64,000 nucleotides of DNA, taken from positions 59,830,001 through 59,894,000 of the forward strand of contig OZ076413.1 in the NCBI GenBank assembly GCA_964187785.1. Reading direction: 5' to 3'. Of this stretch, positions 48,195 through 59,496 are shown piece after piece (the stretch's first letter is position 1; each line of letters starts with the position of its first letter). A model generated the notes under the pieces. It made no database searches, had not been told where the DNA came from, and saw only the letters and a program-made list of their open reading frames with translations. This DNA is from Amphiscolops sp. MND2022 (Eukaryota). A program made the translations under genes and the position numbers.

Positions 48195-48399
48195 TCAGTA
48201 ATACTAAAATTTTTTTTTCCATTTGAAAAAAAACTAAAATGAAAATAAAAACAATCTAATGAAGCCTTGAGAGAGATTTATGAGACAAAGTTCCTGAAGC
48301 ATGGACATTTTTCAAGAGGAAGCGTGTGGCCAACAACTTCTTTCTAAATTTTTTCCTATTCTGATTTTCTTAGTTGAGTGGAGGTTAGACTGGTATAAA

Positions 48400-49190
48400 T
48401 CAAATTCATATACTTGCTGAAGCGATATCAGTCTCGCAGGTTACAATGTCCAAAAGTTCGTTTTTCTTAGCAAGACTCGCAATATAAGCAGCTAGGTCAA
48501 TAATCGGTCTGGGAAAGGTTATGGTGGCTACTGGGGCTGCATCTGTCTCCACTACTAACTTTTTTTCTGCTATGGCTGGGCATCGTTGGGCTCTGAAACA
48601 GACTCTGAAGGCTGCCTTGTATCTGGATTTGTTCAGATCTTGGGACGAATCTATTGATAGTCGATGAACGCGACGTCCTTTGTGTCCCCGCCTAAGGAAG
48701 CAGCCATTTTTGCTGGAACGGGTTATTCATGACACCATAACCTGACTTCAGCAGCTTCGAACTGCTGACTTCTTCCAACTTCTCGGCATGTTTCTGACTT
48801 CTTCTAATCTAGGGATGTCCGCTGGTGATCTCCGAGACGTCCCAGTGAAATAGATTCTGCCCCTTAGTTGGCGCTTTCTTGGGTCGGGGATGTCAAAAAC
48901 TGTTTCTGCTGGCTTCTTGGATTTCCGAGGAGCACGGACATCTCATATTACTCTACATTGTCTGAAAAGACAGCAATTTTGGTGTGTCTTGGAGGGCTCT
49001 TCAATTCTGTCTGCTTCGAATCGCTTCAAAGTTTATCTGGCCAGTAGAGGTCCTTTACTCGGATTCCAAATGATCCTTCAAATTCAAGGATGCGAGCATC
49101 TTCCCAAACTGATGAAGCTAGTGTTTTGTTTATCAAACCGTTGCTTTTCTTTTTCGAGTATTTTCAGTATTGCAATTGCCACTTATGTTT
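48400..49190 (-). pseudogene. Unknown ORF relic
   Basis: One frame of ~260 codons with several stops (...VWEDARILEFEGSFGIRVKDLYWPD...PIIDLAAYIASLAKKNELLDIV). Confidence 0.35.
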
Positions 49191-49399
49191 ATCAAGCAGG
49201 TTTGAACAAATGATTTTATTATCGTGACTAATGTTTATCAAGTTGGTTTCATCGAACCAAATCTTTACATACAGGTGCCTTTTGGTTGTCACACGCACTT
49301 GAATTGAATATTAGACGCATTTCAACTCACAGTAATTCTACAGAAACTTTTCCGCGAAACATGAATAACGTAATGAAAAAGCTATAGTTTTTTGTGAAA

Positions 49400-50300
49400 C
49401 GATTTCCGAACAACCCGACGCTCCACGTGAGTGTGAACACGCTAAAACTACAACTACTCGTTTACTTTCCAATATAGTTTTTGACGTATGATTATGAGAA
49501 TGACAGTACACTCCAAGCAGCTTTTGCACAGTTACACTAAAACAATTGAAGGAAAGATTTATGTAGATGCCAAAATTTTACCTGCTTTTGCTGGGCATGT
49601 TTTAAGGGAGAAATCTCGAAAACTGAAATGCGCGATCGATACAGTAATTGACGGAACTAAATTGGAACTTAAAGAATGTGGAACAAACAAACAAAAAACT
49701 TGCTTCTTGGCCGTTGGAATAAAGCAAATAATATTTATTCGTGGTTTAAAAAGTGGGTTTCGATGGACACAATAACGGAGAAAAAATGTGTCCTACTTTT
49801 TCCCCAAAACGCACCACCTAATTCACGACACACAACCTTTCGCCAATCCACTTTAAATCCCAGTAAATAGTGTTTTGAACATGAATCAGGTTTCAGTCAG
49901 AAAATGCATACACTTCTCCCAACATCAGCAGCTACAGAACACAAACGGATTCATGCTAAAGCGCAGAAGAACTCTCTATATCAACTTGAAGCCTAGGCGC
50001 TGTTGAATGGTGTTTCTTTAAACTATTCATCTTACGAAAAGCTAAAGTCAGATATATTTATCTGTATTAAAACGGATAGTTGGATAAAAATGGTTGTTAC
50101 TAAGCAAAAAAAAATTCCATATCGATGGACTCGGTCAAAAACAATTATTTCATGGATATTTTCATCGATATACAACGATGAAAGAAATGTCGAAACCGAT
50201 GATTTCCAAGTCTATATCCCTATTCAGACCAGAGAACACTTTCCCGGGATTCCGAATTGATCTTGTACGTGCTATCAGAGTCATGACATTCATTCTGTTC
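49400..50300 (+). pseudogene. Unknown ORF relic with a Cys cluster
   Basis: DLCRCQNFTCFCWACFKGE...RMWNKQTKNLLLGRWNKANNIYSWFKKW, interrupted by stops. Confidence 0.35.
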
Positions 50301-50658
50301 AAAAGAAAAGATTTGCAAGGTCTGAAAATGACTTTTGAGGAGATGGTGTTCGAATAAGGAAGAAAGATCATGGCCTCGAATGGCCTTCCGTTTTCTTTCC
50401 GATGACCATCTATCAGCATTCAGTCATCTGATGCACTCTTCTCTTTTGCTGTTTTCCAAGGTAAGTTCTACTACTTTAACAACATTCCCTGCTAAATCTC
50501 AAAGTCATTGTTTAGCTTTAAAACTCTAATTTAGTTTTGCATTTTTTACAATACGTATTTACAGGTCACGACGGTCGTTGGTTGCTAGATCAAAATGTCG
50601 GGTACTTGGAACTAGGTGCGCAAGATTCCTCTTGCCTTTACCAGCAGAGTAAACAACT

Positions 50659-51300
50659 TCATGACGCCGGAGTCCGTTCAACATACAGTGGATTACCGAA
50701 ATTTCTAAATCGCTTTCTCATCGGAACCTCGGTTGATCGACTGGAGAGTGAAGAACCTCCATCAAAACAGCAGAAGTATCTTGTTATATGACAATTCCAG
50801 AAATATATGTTTAACCAGAAACCGTGCTCGGAAAAAATGGCCATAGAGGTGATGTTCGCTTACCATTTCGAGCTGCCGTTCCTCCTGAAAACTTGACGTT
50901 TTTGCCAGATAACAGACGTTTGTCCCGACGGCACGCATGCAAAAACAAGGTGTGTTGAGGTAGAAATTGAGAAGTTCATGGAGTTGAAAATTCTCCAAAT
51001 CGAAGATGACCCAGCTACTGTTGATTCCATTGAGGAAACTTTTCAGAGCCATTCGACCAAGGGAGGTTGGAAAGAGCCTGGTTTCGAATTTGACATCGAA
51101 CAAAAATTCTGCTCCCATTTCCCTTAGTGGCAAAGAAGCAATCACTGGCAATGCTGATATGGACGAACTTTCTGAGGCTGGTGTTCAGCATGAACTGTTT
51201 GAAGGAGTTTTCACCGAGATCAAGACTGTTGAGGCATTGTCGGGTACGAAAAGTGCGAGCATGAATGTGTTGAAAAATCCTCTTCTAGATTCTTTTAAGG
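50659..51300 (-). pseudogene. Unknown ORF relic
   Basis: ORFs 50762-51151 and 50659-50844 join across a frameshift (...FDLENFQLHELLNFYLNTPCFCMRAV...MAIFSEHGFWLNIYF). Confidence 0.4.
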
Positions 51301-52473
51301 ATGTAGAAAGTCGATGTCATATGAAACTCTTGGATGCAGCCGAACTCTGGAGAAAGTCCGTAAATTAGCTGACTGTACTGATGAGGACGAGGACGAACAG
51401 GACAGTTTTGACTATAAATACTTATCGGAAATCCACTAGCACTTTTAGATTGTACTGTTCGATGTGAAACAAGTTTTAACGCCGTACAAACTAAAACTGT
51501 GCCTGAGTTCCAAGCTGTAGAAGGAGGCTATATTTAGTCAAATTTTAACCACCTGTGTGAAGGCCCCGAAAGATCCAATCATGATGTCCTTCACGACTTT
51601 CATCAAAAGACCATGCCAGACGGAAGGAGAGTTAGACACGCCGACACGATTATTCTCGAAATGTTTTTCACTTTCTGTTCTGATCTTCGGTTTTCGACTT
51701 TGATGGGAACCATCGAGTAGCAGCTCTCACTTCGTCATCAGCGCCTGTTTGATGAACCCATTGATGTGAGCCTTTTTTGGACTTTTTGGACTTCCTGGGA
51801 CCAATCCAGAAAGCAGAAAGCCATAATTCCCATTGGAAATGCCAGCGAGAAGTCCCGCTTTTCCTTGGCTGAAAATTTTTTTGCTACCAATAAGATCACG
51901 TCCAGGTTTTCTGGTCATGGAATCTGAGTATTACAATTAGGCAAAATATAGTTGGATAAACCGTCAGTATATTGTATATTTGGTTTTTCTTGAGAATCAG
52001 AAATGCATAGGATTGTTGAATAAATGTTTGCCTTGAGTTTTGCTGCATGTTCATGTTGATAGCTACTAGTCGTAAGTTACTCTGATAAATGATTTTCGCA
52101 AAAAGCGACCGCGATTTCAAAACCACTGGCGTAGTGATTATTTCGCGTGGCGTTCCGCCGCTTGTTCCGCCGCTCGTTCTCTCTTGGTATCGAGATTCGT
52201 TTCTCTGCGCCGCTATTGGTGCAGCCTTCTTTAACCATTTGCTGGTATTATGTGTGGTATTAATTGCTGCCGATTTCGATTGCCGGTGACGACACCGAAT
52301 TCAACAACTGTGGCAGGTAGTGAGTAGATTGAGATTGGAATTCTCTCTGACGGAGAAAGAAATCCAATCTCAATCTATTTACTTTTATGTTTTTAACTTA
52401 GTGTTTGCAATTTGTTTTCACAGAAGTAAATAATTTTCCGCTTGTTTCAGAATCGAGATTCTTTTTGTACAGC

Positions 52474-53053
52474 ATGTTCAATAAAGAGCAACGAACTCAA
52501 CATGAAAACCAAGATGGAGAGTTTCACAAATGTTACCAAAAATGCTGGAGAGAAAGTTTTAGAACGAGCGGCAATGAATATGCTCCTCTTCAGACTCTTC
52601 AAGTTGCCACAAATGCCACACAGATCTTATTAGTGCAACGACGTCTGGTGAAATATTGCTACAAGTGACAAACGTTTTGGCCAAAGGAAGATGCAAAAAA
52701 AAAGAAAACTAAATGAACCTTTTTGATCCAGTTACATATTACGAAACTTGACCAGTCATGGACTTACGTTTTGATCCGTTGACTTTATCTTGAAAAGTAT
52801 CGAAATTTCATCAATTTTTTATGTGTAGTCTTTTGCGTTCAAACCAGGACCAGACGTTCCATCAATTACTGTTCGTGACCATTCTTCAAAGGAATCCGGA
52901 ACTACGAAACACAATTTCAACGATAACTTTGTTACTAACAAACGACGAGAAATGCTGAAGAAGCGTGAACAAGAAGAAAAAAATGATCAAAAAAACGACG
53001 AACCATCCTCAGATTATTCGGACTCAGAGTCTTCTGACTATTATAAACGATAA
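52474..53053 (+). pseudogene. Unknown ORF relic
   Basis: ATG 52474 gives MFNKEQRTQHENQDGEFHKCYQKCWRESF...RRLVKYCYK*. Coding-like sequence continues to an acidic tail ending at TAA 53051-53053. Confidence 0.4.
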
Positions 53054-53879
53054 GTTGTGAAAATTTTAATTCATTCAGCTTTGAAATATTTTTACCTGTT
53101 TTTGGTCACATTCTAAATGAATCATTCGCATTTTTCCAAAATAACTCAAAATGTAAACGTAGCAAAACTTAGCAGCTAAAAACAAGTAAATATAGATAAA
53201 GCAGAATGGAAATAAATCTTTCAAAGACTCAGAACTGAAATTCCAATTTCTAAAGTACTACAGTAAACTTCGCCGAATTTACTCGGTGGGGACAGCAAAA
53301 AGATGTGAAATTAGAAGAAGTGCTAAAATAGTTAGTTGAAAAAACGTTTTGAGAATTTATAATAAAATATAAAAATAAAATAAAGTAAATTATTGTAATT
53401 GATACAGAGAATAATTATTAAATAACATATTCAATCTCGAAAGTGGTTTTCAACAAAATAATCAGCTAAGAATCCAAAAACTGTTGAATTAAAACAATGA
53501 AAATATTCCTATTTGAATTATTCACAATGTGAATCATTATCTAAACTCACCCTCTTTGAGACTGCGAAAGAAATGTGAAAGTAGAAAAAATTAGAACAAG
53601 TGCTGAAACAGTTCGTTGAAAACCATTTTGATATTATTATATAAGAGACACTAAAGTATTTTAATATATAAGATAGAAAGAATTTTCAAAATAAAATATT
53701 TTATCTCGAAATTGGTTTTCATCGAAATATTCAGCTGAGAGACCCTAAATTGTTGTAACGAATTAGTGAAAATATTCCCCTTTGAACCCGATGTGAATTT
53801 ATGCAATTATCTAATCTTCTGTTCTCCCAAGTTTTCCGGCAACAATTTGAAATATTTCCTTAAATGATATGTTACTGTT

Positions 53880-54282
53880 TTAGAATTTGCCTGACATGTA
53901 CCGATTGATAGTTTGAACAAACTTTCTACGATTGTTTCTGGTTCGGCTGTCCTTTGTTGACTGGAAGTTGAAGACAATTAGTGCTTGGCAATTCAGCAGC
54001 CTGCATTCTCCAATAGTACTCTCGAGTATCACCTTTGTCATTAACGATAAGAAACTTAGAAAACAATTCTCCAGAGGCCTATCAATGTCCCGTTTCCTCT
54101 GGTAAACAGTCAATGTCGTGCCTAAAATTATGCACAAGCATTAGTGAAACTGTATTGAACATTTGTTGAGGTTTTATCTCAAACTGGCAGAATATAGCAA
54201 TGTGGCATAAGTAGTTGTATTGGCGAATCAATGAGGAATAGCATAAACAACGAAACAAATTTCTCCCGCTGTGTTTTGACAT
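53880..54282 (-). pseudogene. Unknown ORF relic
   Basis: MSKHSGRNLFRCLCYSSLIRQYNYLCHIAIFCQFE...IDCLPEETGH**ASGELFSKFLIV; the frame continues past a double stop. Confidence 0.4.
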
Positions 54283-54479
54283 GTACTTACTGAACTAAAT
54301 GTATTTATAATTACCCAGTTCAAATAGGGTCAGAAAACTGAATCCCACGGTCACACTGTCCTCACAGATTCTAACCATATGTATTATGCCTGCTGGCTCC
54401 CCGCCTGTTATCGTCAATTTAAATACTTGACTTTACTCTTTGGGGCTCACTTGGTAGGAAAACCATATATTTTCTTGCC

Positions 54480-54848
54480 TCAATGCACCAATTCTTGAGA
54501 ATTTTTTTGTTTTCGAACTGTTCCAGGAATCACGAGAAACACTTTTCTACCGTGAACGAGCTTGTAAAAGTCAACATGCCAAGGCGTAATGGAATCACTT
54601 TGACTGAGGAGATCGTAGCAAATTTTCTCCAGCTCAATATCAAACAAGTTAGACACTGAAAGATCTTGAAGAGCTTTTGGTACTGCGAAATGCAAATTTT
54701 TCGTGAGTATGAAGTTGACAGCGAGAACATTCATTGGGCCGCCCATAGCTCCGAAATCAATGACGTTTACAAAATTCTTGCCATACAGTGTTAAACAGAT
54801 GAGTATTTGCAGCTGAAATAGACAGCTAAATGAACACAAGGCATGCAC
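54480..54848 (-). CDS. Unknown 122-aa ORF, nearly intact (start codon uncertain)
   Basis: Open frame HALCSFSCLFQLQILICLTLYGK...WHVDFYKLVHGRKVFLVIPGTVR, abutting the ORF relic upstream. Confidence 0.4.
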   Translation of the reverse strand: MHALCSFSCLFQLQILICLTLYGKNFVNVIDFGAMGGPMNVLAVNFILTKNLHFAVPKALQDLSVSNLFDIELEKICYDLLSQSDSITPWHVDFYKLVHGRKVFLVIPGTVRKQKNSQELVH

Positions 54849-54849
54849 T

Positions 54850-55268
54850 TTAAAGACCTATCGTTTTGATTTTATAATTCAACTTTCCTTGGTGGAAATA
54901 AAATGACGAAATCTGAAACGTACATTTACAACTTTGTACATTCGGACAGCTAATTGTATATCTCCTCCGTATAGGCCATCTTCGAAGATGCTTCTCTAAA
55001 CTCCAAGTTCATTGTTGGGCAGTTTTTTGCCATCCACGTGGCCTCGGACTAAACTTGCTCTTTTCCGCTGCAGCTCCTCCTCTATTTCGCTGCTGGTAAT
55101 AGTGGTGCAGCACACTCTCATCTCGGAAGCGGAACAATCTTTTATTACAACCAACAGCTGATATTGCTCTGCTTCATCCACAAATGCAACCAGATAATCT
55201 TCTTCTTCTTCTGCTGCGGAAACTTGTTCGTTGCTGTCGGAATCTGCAACAAATATTGTCACTATCAC
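54850..55268 (-). pseudogene. Unknown ORF relic with an acidic N-terminus; its 5' end is the source of the 257-bp repeat
   Basis: MIVTIFVADSDSNEQ... (54996-55268), then YTISCPNVQSCKCTF in a shifted frame. Confidence 0.4.
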
Positions 55269-56780
55269 GATAAAGTGTTTATTGAAAAGAATGGCCGATG
55301 ATGTTCAAATAATTTCGATACGTTTCAGCGGAATCTGTCGGCAAGAAGTAAAATTAGTATATAGTGAAATCGATATACGTAAAACAACAGGATTTCATTG
55401 TACCTTGGTGGAACTTGTTCTTCTTGGTAATCTTCGGCTGCACGTCGTGCGTCTCCTACAGCTCCCTCTTGCTGGAGTGCTTCTTCGTTGCTGTCGGAAT
55501 CTGGAACAAAAACCCTCAATCTCATGATAAAGTTTTTATTGAAAAGAATGGCCGACGTTGTTCAAATAATTTCGATACGTTTCAGCGGAATCTGTCGGCA
55601 AGAAGTAAAATTAGTATATAGTGAAATCGATATACGTAAAACAACAGGATTTCATTGTACCTTGGTGGAACTTGTTCTTCTTGGTAATCTTCGGCTGCAC
55701 GTCGTGCGTCTCCTACAGCTCCCTCTTGCTGGAGTGCTTCTTCGTTGCTGTCGGAATCTGGAACAAAAACCCTCAATATCATGATAAAGTTTTTATTGAA
55801 AAGAATGGCCGACGTTGTTCAAATAATATAAACAAGTATCAGCGGAATCTGTCGGCAAAAAGTAAAATTAGTTTATAGTGAAATCGATGTGAGCAAAAAA
55901 CAGGATTTCATTTTACTTTGTAGAACTTGTTCTTCTTGAAAATCTTCGGCTGCACCTTTTGAGTCTCCTACAACTACCTCTTGCTGGAGTGCCTCTTCGA
56001 TGCTGTCGGAATCTGGAACAAAAACTGTCAGTATACTGATTAAATTTCTTTTGACAAGATTGGTGGACGGTTTTTAAATTTTTTCGATAAGTATCAGAGG
56101 AATCTTTTGGCAAGTAGTAAAATTAGTATATAGTAAAATCAATATAAGTAAAACAAGCCGGGAACGGCCCAAATCGTGGCCATATCTAAGGCTCAAAAAG
56201 ACTCGAAAACCACTTTTTCTTCAACTGGAGACAACAAAAGCTCTCAAAAAACTAAAAATAGAGAAAAAAAGTTTCCGAATTTTTTTTGAAATTTTTTTCG
56301 AAGTTTCCTGTAAGTCGCATAGTGCCGAAAAATCTCATGTTAGACGCATTGGATGCGTCGAAATTGAAGTACTAAGTACATATGGTAAAAGTTGGTAAAT
56401 GTGCATTAATTGCATTATTGCACAAAAAGTGAACGTTACGCATTGAACTGACGAAAAAAACTAGCCACTGCAAGAGTCGGGATTTTCTTCGAAAACGCCG
56501 ACTAACAACAGGATTTTATTGTATCTTAGGGAACGTGCCATTTTCTCTTCTACACCTTCGTCTTCGTCGACGATCTCTCCCTCTTCGTTGCTGTCGAAAT
56601 CTGAAACAAAAATTGTCACCATCATGTTAAAGGTTTTATCGAAAAGATTAGTGGACGGTTTTTGAATTTTTTCGACAAGTATCAGCGGAATCTTTTGGCA
56701 AGTAGTAAAATTAGTATATAGTAAAATCGATATAAGTAAAACAACAGGATTTTATTGTATCTTGGGGAACGTGCCTTTCT
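55227..56780. repeat. Tandem repeat, ~257-bp unit, about 5 copies plus a partial, interrupted by a Helentron-like insertion
   Basis: Anchor TTCG(T/A)TGCTGTC at 55227, 55484, 55741, 55996 and 56584. ORF pairs are offset by 257. Confidence 0.93.
56154..56505 (-). mobile_element. Helentron-like non-autonomous element, full length (~350 bp)
   Basis: Hairpin AGTCGG(56475)...CCGACT(56498-56503) at one end and palindrome GCCG-GGAA-CGGC (56157-56168) at the other. Removing it restores the repeat unit sequence gtaaaacaacaggatttt. Confidence 0.75.
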
Positions 56781-56905
56781 ACTGCTGCTTTATTTGGAAA
56801 ACAGCGGATTCTCCTTGAAGGTAAAAAAATATTTGTAGTTTTTCTTCAGGCTATGGTAACCAGACTTTACATTTCACAGTTTTTGAATGTTTTCCGTTGA
56901 TTGTT

Positions 56906-57213
56906 TTAACAAATATCCAGGGTACCATTCGTACCTTTGTAACTCAAACACTTCAGAGTGCAGGTTCTGCCGAGGGAGTGTTGAGCAGTTCTATGGTAGC
57001 TAAGGAACGGTTCTCCGTCTTTTTTGCCACATCCACAGAAACGACAAAGAAATATGCCCGGCTGTAAACCTTTGGTGTGATACAGGTGAAATCTAGCTGG
57101 TGCTCTGCGAAAGATCGTTTCCTTAGTGCCCAGTCTTTGTACATGTGCATCTGACAGGCACACTTTTGGCTGAACTTTTTCCGGCATTCGGAAACATATA
57201 TTTTGATAATCAA
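56906..57213 (-). pseudogene. Zinc-finger-like ORF relic
   Basis: SECRKKFSQKCACQMHMYK in one frame and CRFCGCGKKDGEPFLSYHRTAQHSLGRTC in the overlapping frame, joined by a frameshift. Confidence 0.4.
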
Positions 57214-57799
57214 CCGTGATAATTATGTTTTAAAAAACATTCGACATTTCAAATATCATGTAAGTTTTCTAAACAGATCATCAAGATAACGCCAATTCAA
57301 ACTCGGAAACTCATGGTCTTTTTCAAACTCAGAAATACATGCGCCATTCCTTGCAAACTCGGAAAAGTAAAATTTCACTTCCAATTATGCCAATAAGCTG
57401 AAGTTCTTTCATATCTCAAGTTCTATCCCCTATTCGAATCAAAAATTGAGTATTCACACGTCAGCAGTTATTTATTATCACTGTTGATTTGGAAAGCGTC
57501 TGTGAATGAGTTCATCTTTATCCAAATCTATGTAGCACATTCGCAAAATTATTAAATCGGTATGTACTTCTTTTCCATTACATTATTCATTATCAGAAAT
57601 ATATAAAATATATATAACCATAGTATATGTACAATATATTATGAAGATTGCTCTTTTTCTTAGTCGATTGACTAAGTGTCCGTGAATTGGTTCGAATTTT
57701 GATCGATCAATACGTGGATTGAGCTTTTACCATTCAATCCAAACACTAGCTAGAAAACAGTCTAATTTTACACAACGAGGAACCCTCCTCAACCTGGGA

Positions 57800-58925
57800 A
57801 AACTCTCTCTTACACTGTATTGGGGACTAGCCAGTCTGTCACAAAATCAGTTGCTCTACAGGAAACGTTGGAATTCTTTTCGATTCCGTTTTGTGTGATA
57901 GAATAATAAAAAGAATCAACAGCGTATGAACGAATGAAGGAGAATTTTGGAAACATACAGTTTCTTGTTTTTAAAGTTCCACAAAACGACCCAAAAACAG
58001 TTTCAAAAATTGAATTATTTCTTTGCAATACTTAAAGAGAATCTAAAAGATGTAGTTGGTAAGAATGTTCAGGAAAACGTATATATTGTGTCAGTTTGCT
58101 TTGATTCTGTGAACATTGACATTTTTTGTTTTAAAAAATTCCTCATGATTATGCAAAAACGTTTCCACAAAATTCTTTTGAATAGTCGACAACTTCGGGA
58201 AACTTTAATCTTTTGTTAGTTTTCTAAGCTATTTCTCTAAAAATTTCAAGAGAGTTCGTAGCTTAGAAATCCAAAATTGTTTAAGAACACAGAACACAGT
58301 TTTTTTCTGGAAAAATTCCAGCATTGGGTGTTAGTAAGCGCCTCGACAAAAGTAACCCCAAAATATTCCAAAACGTCGAAACAACATAAACTTTGGGTGT
58401 TATTAGTGACTTTTGTGAGAAATTAGAAAACTTTTTGTGCGTTAGCCGGTTCACGAAACTCCAGAATATTTAACAAGGTGTGCATTAGGGTATTAAAAGC
58501 GAATCTCTGAGTGAGTTTAAAATAAAAATTGTTCTGAAAACCTCTCCAAATGCTTGCAATGCCAGTGTAAATCCACCAACAAACTTGTTATAGTGTGCTT
58601 TTCGAAGTCCCAGATAAGGCAGTCATTTCAAGAAACATTAGAAAAAGTGTAAAGAGAATGGATTTCCTTCATTGGCCTTAGTCCAAAATAGTGAGTTCCA
58701 AAAGCGGTCATGATTTGAAAAATTGAGTTGCGTGAAAGCTAACATGTAAAATTTGGGAGTCCATAAAAGGTCCAGACATTAGAAACTTGAGTCTTCAAAA
58801 CTTGAGAATGTCATGCTGCGAAAACCATAGTCCGGAAGTTCAACAAAACCAAACTCCAAAGTGCTAGCCCTTTTTCCTCTTCCACTAAAACTCCTACGTT
58901 TCTTGTGGAAGCGTTGCTTATTCAT
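57800..58925 (-). pseudogene. Unknown ORF relic starting just outside the solo LTR
   Basis: ATG 58925-58923 gives MNKQRFHKKRR...FGFVELPDYGFRSMTFSSFEDSSF*CLDLLW...FWNSLFW, with multiple stops and frameshifts. Confidence 0.35.
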
Positions 58926-59496
58926 ACAGCCTGTGATAATCCACTTCTGTGCGGTCCTCATTTAAGACCACAGAGTCATTTAAATCAATGTTTTGTATGC
59001 TCAAAGGTTGCATTGGCGTTCTAAGTTCGTTTAAATTAGATGGCCTGAAAGGATTATCCTGTATCTCACATTCTTGATTTTCTGGCTCAGATGCGTTTTC
59101 TTCACCGCCTTCATTACTTGTGTATTTCGAGGTTCCTGCTTTGGGAGTGTTTTGTTCTCGATATTTTCTGTTTGGTACGGATTGTCTTCTTCTGTTATTT
59201 TTCATCTCTTTCAGTATTTTCTCTAATTTTTCATCCATTTCTTTTCTTAAGTTTGTTACTTCTTTATTCGTTTTATCTGTTATTCTTTGGGTCCAAATTT
59301 GCATTTCGTTTTCATTTTGTGTTCCGCTGTCTAGTGCTATTTCTTCGTCCCTAACTGAACTAACATTTTCAAAGTTACTTAAAGTTTCAATAACAGTTCC
59401 ATTACCTTGTGATGTCTCTATTTCTGATGTGCTCAACTCTCTCTCAAGTGAGGGTGATTGTCCTCGTCTAGATCTCCTATTTCTCTTGTTACCCAT
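58918..59496 (-). CDS. Intact 192-aa Gag N-terminal-like ORF inside the solo LTR
   Basis: ATG 59496 gives MGNKRNRRSRRGQSPSLERELS...QIWTQ...LRKEMDEKLEKILKEMK...PFRPSNLNELRTP...EVDYH|RLYE*. It is collinear with the array Gag (MGNRRNRR...QMWTE...KFEAILKE...PLRASDLRELRNP...EEDYH), and the last 4 codons come from flanking DNA. Confidence 0.75.
   Translation of the reverse strand: MGNKRNRRSRRGQSPSLERELSTSEIETSQGNGTVIETLSNFENVSSVRDEEIALDSGTQNENEMQIWTQRITDKTNKEVTNLRKEMDEKLEKILKEMKNNRRRQSVPNRKYREQNTPKAGTSKYTSNEGGEENASEPENQECEIQDNPFRPSNLNELRTPMQPLSIQNIDLNDSVVLNEDRTEVDYHRLYE

Larger units (their letters stand above)
47700..58925. mobile_element. Cluster of about ten degraded, intronless, closely packed ORFs of unknown family; possible relic of a large DNA element or endogenous virus
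   Basis: Coding-like frames with scattered stops and frameshifts on both strands, short spacers and no splice-like structure. No hallmark gene (pPolB, capsid, packaging ATPase, transposase) was recognised. Confidence 0.4.

Noticed and set aside
47700-58925. Definitive Polinton/Maverick call
   Set aside because: No protein-primed polymerase, capsid, packaging ATPase, protease, integrase or TIR was recognised; it is kept only as a hypothesis.
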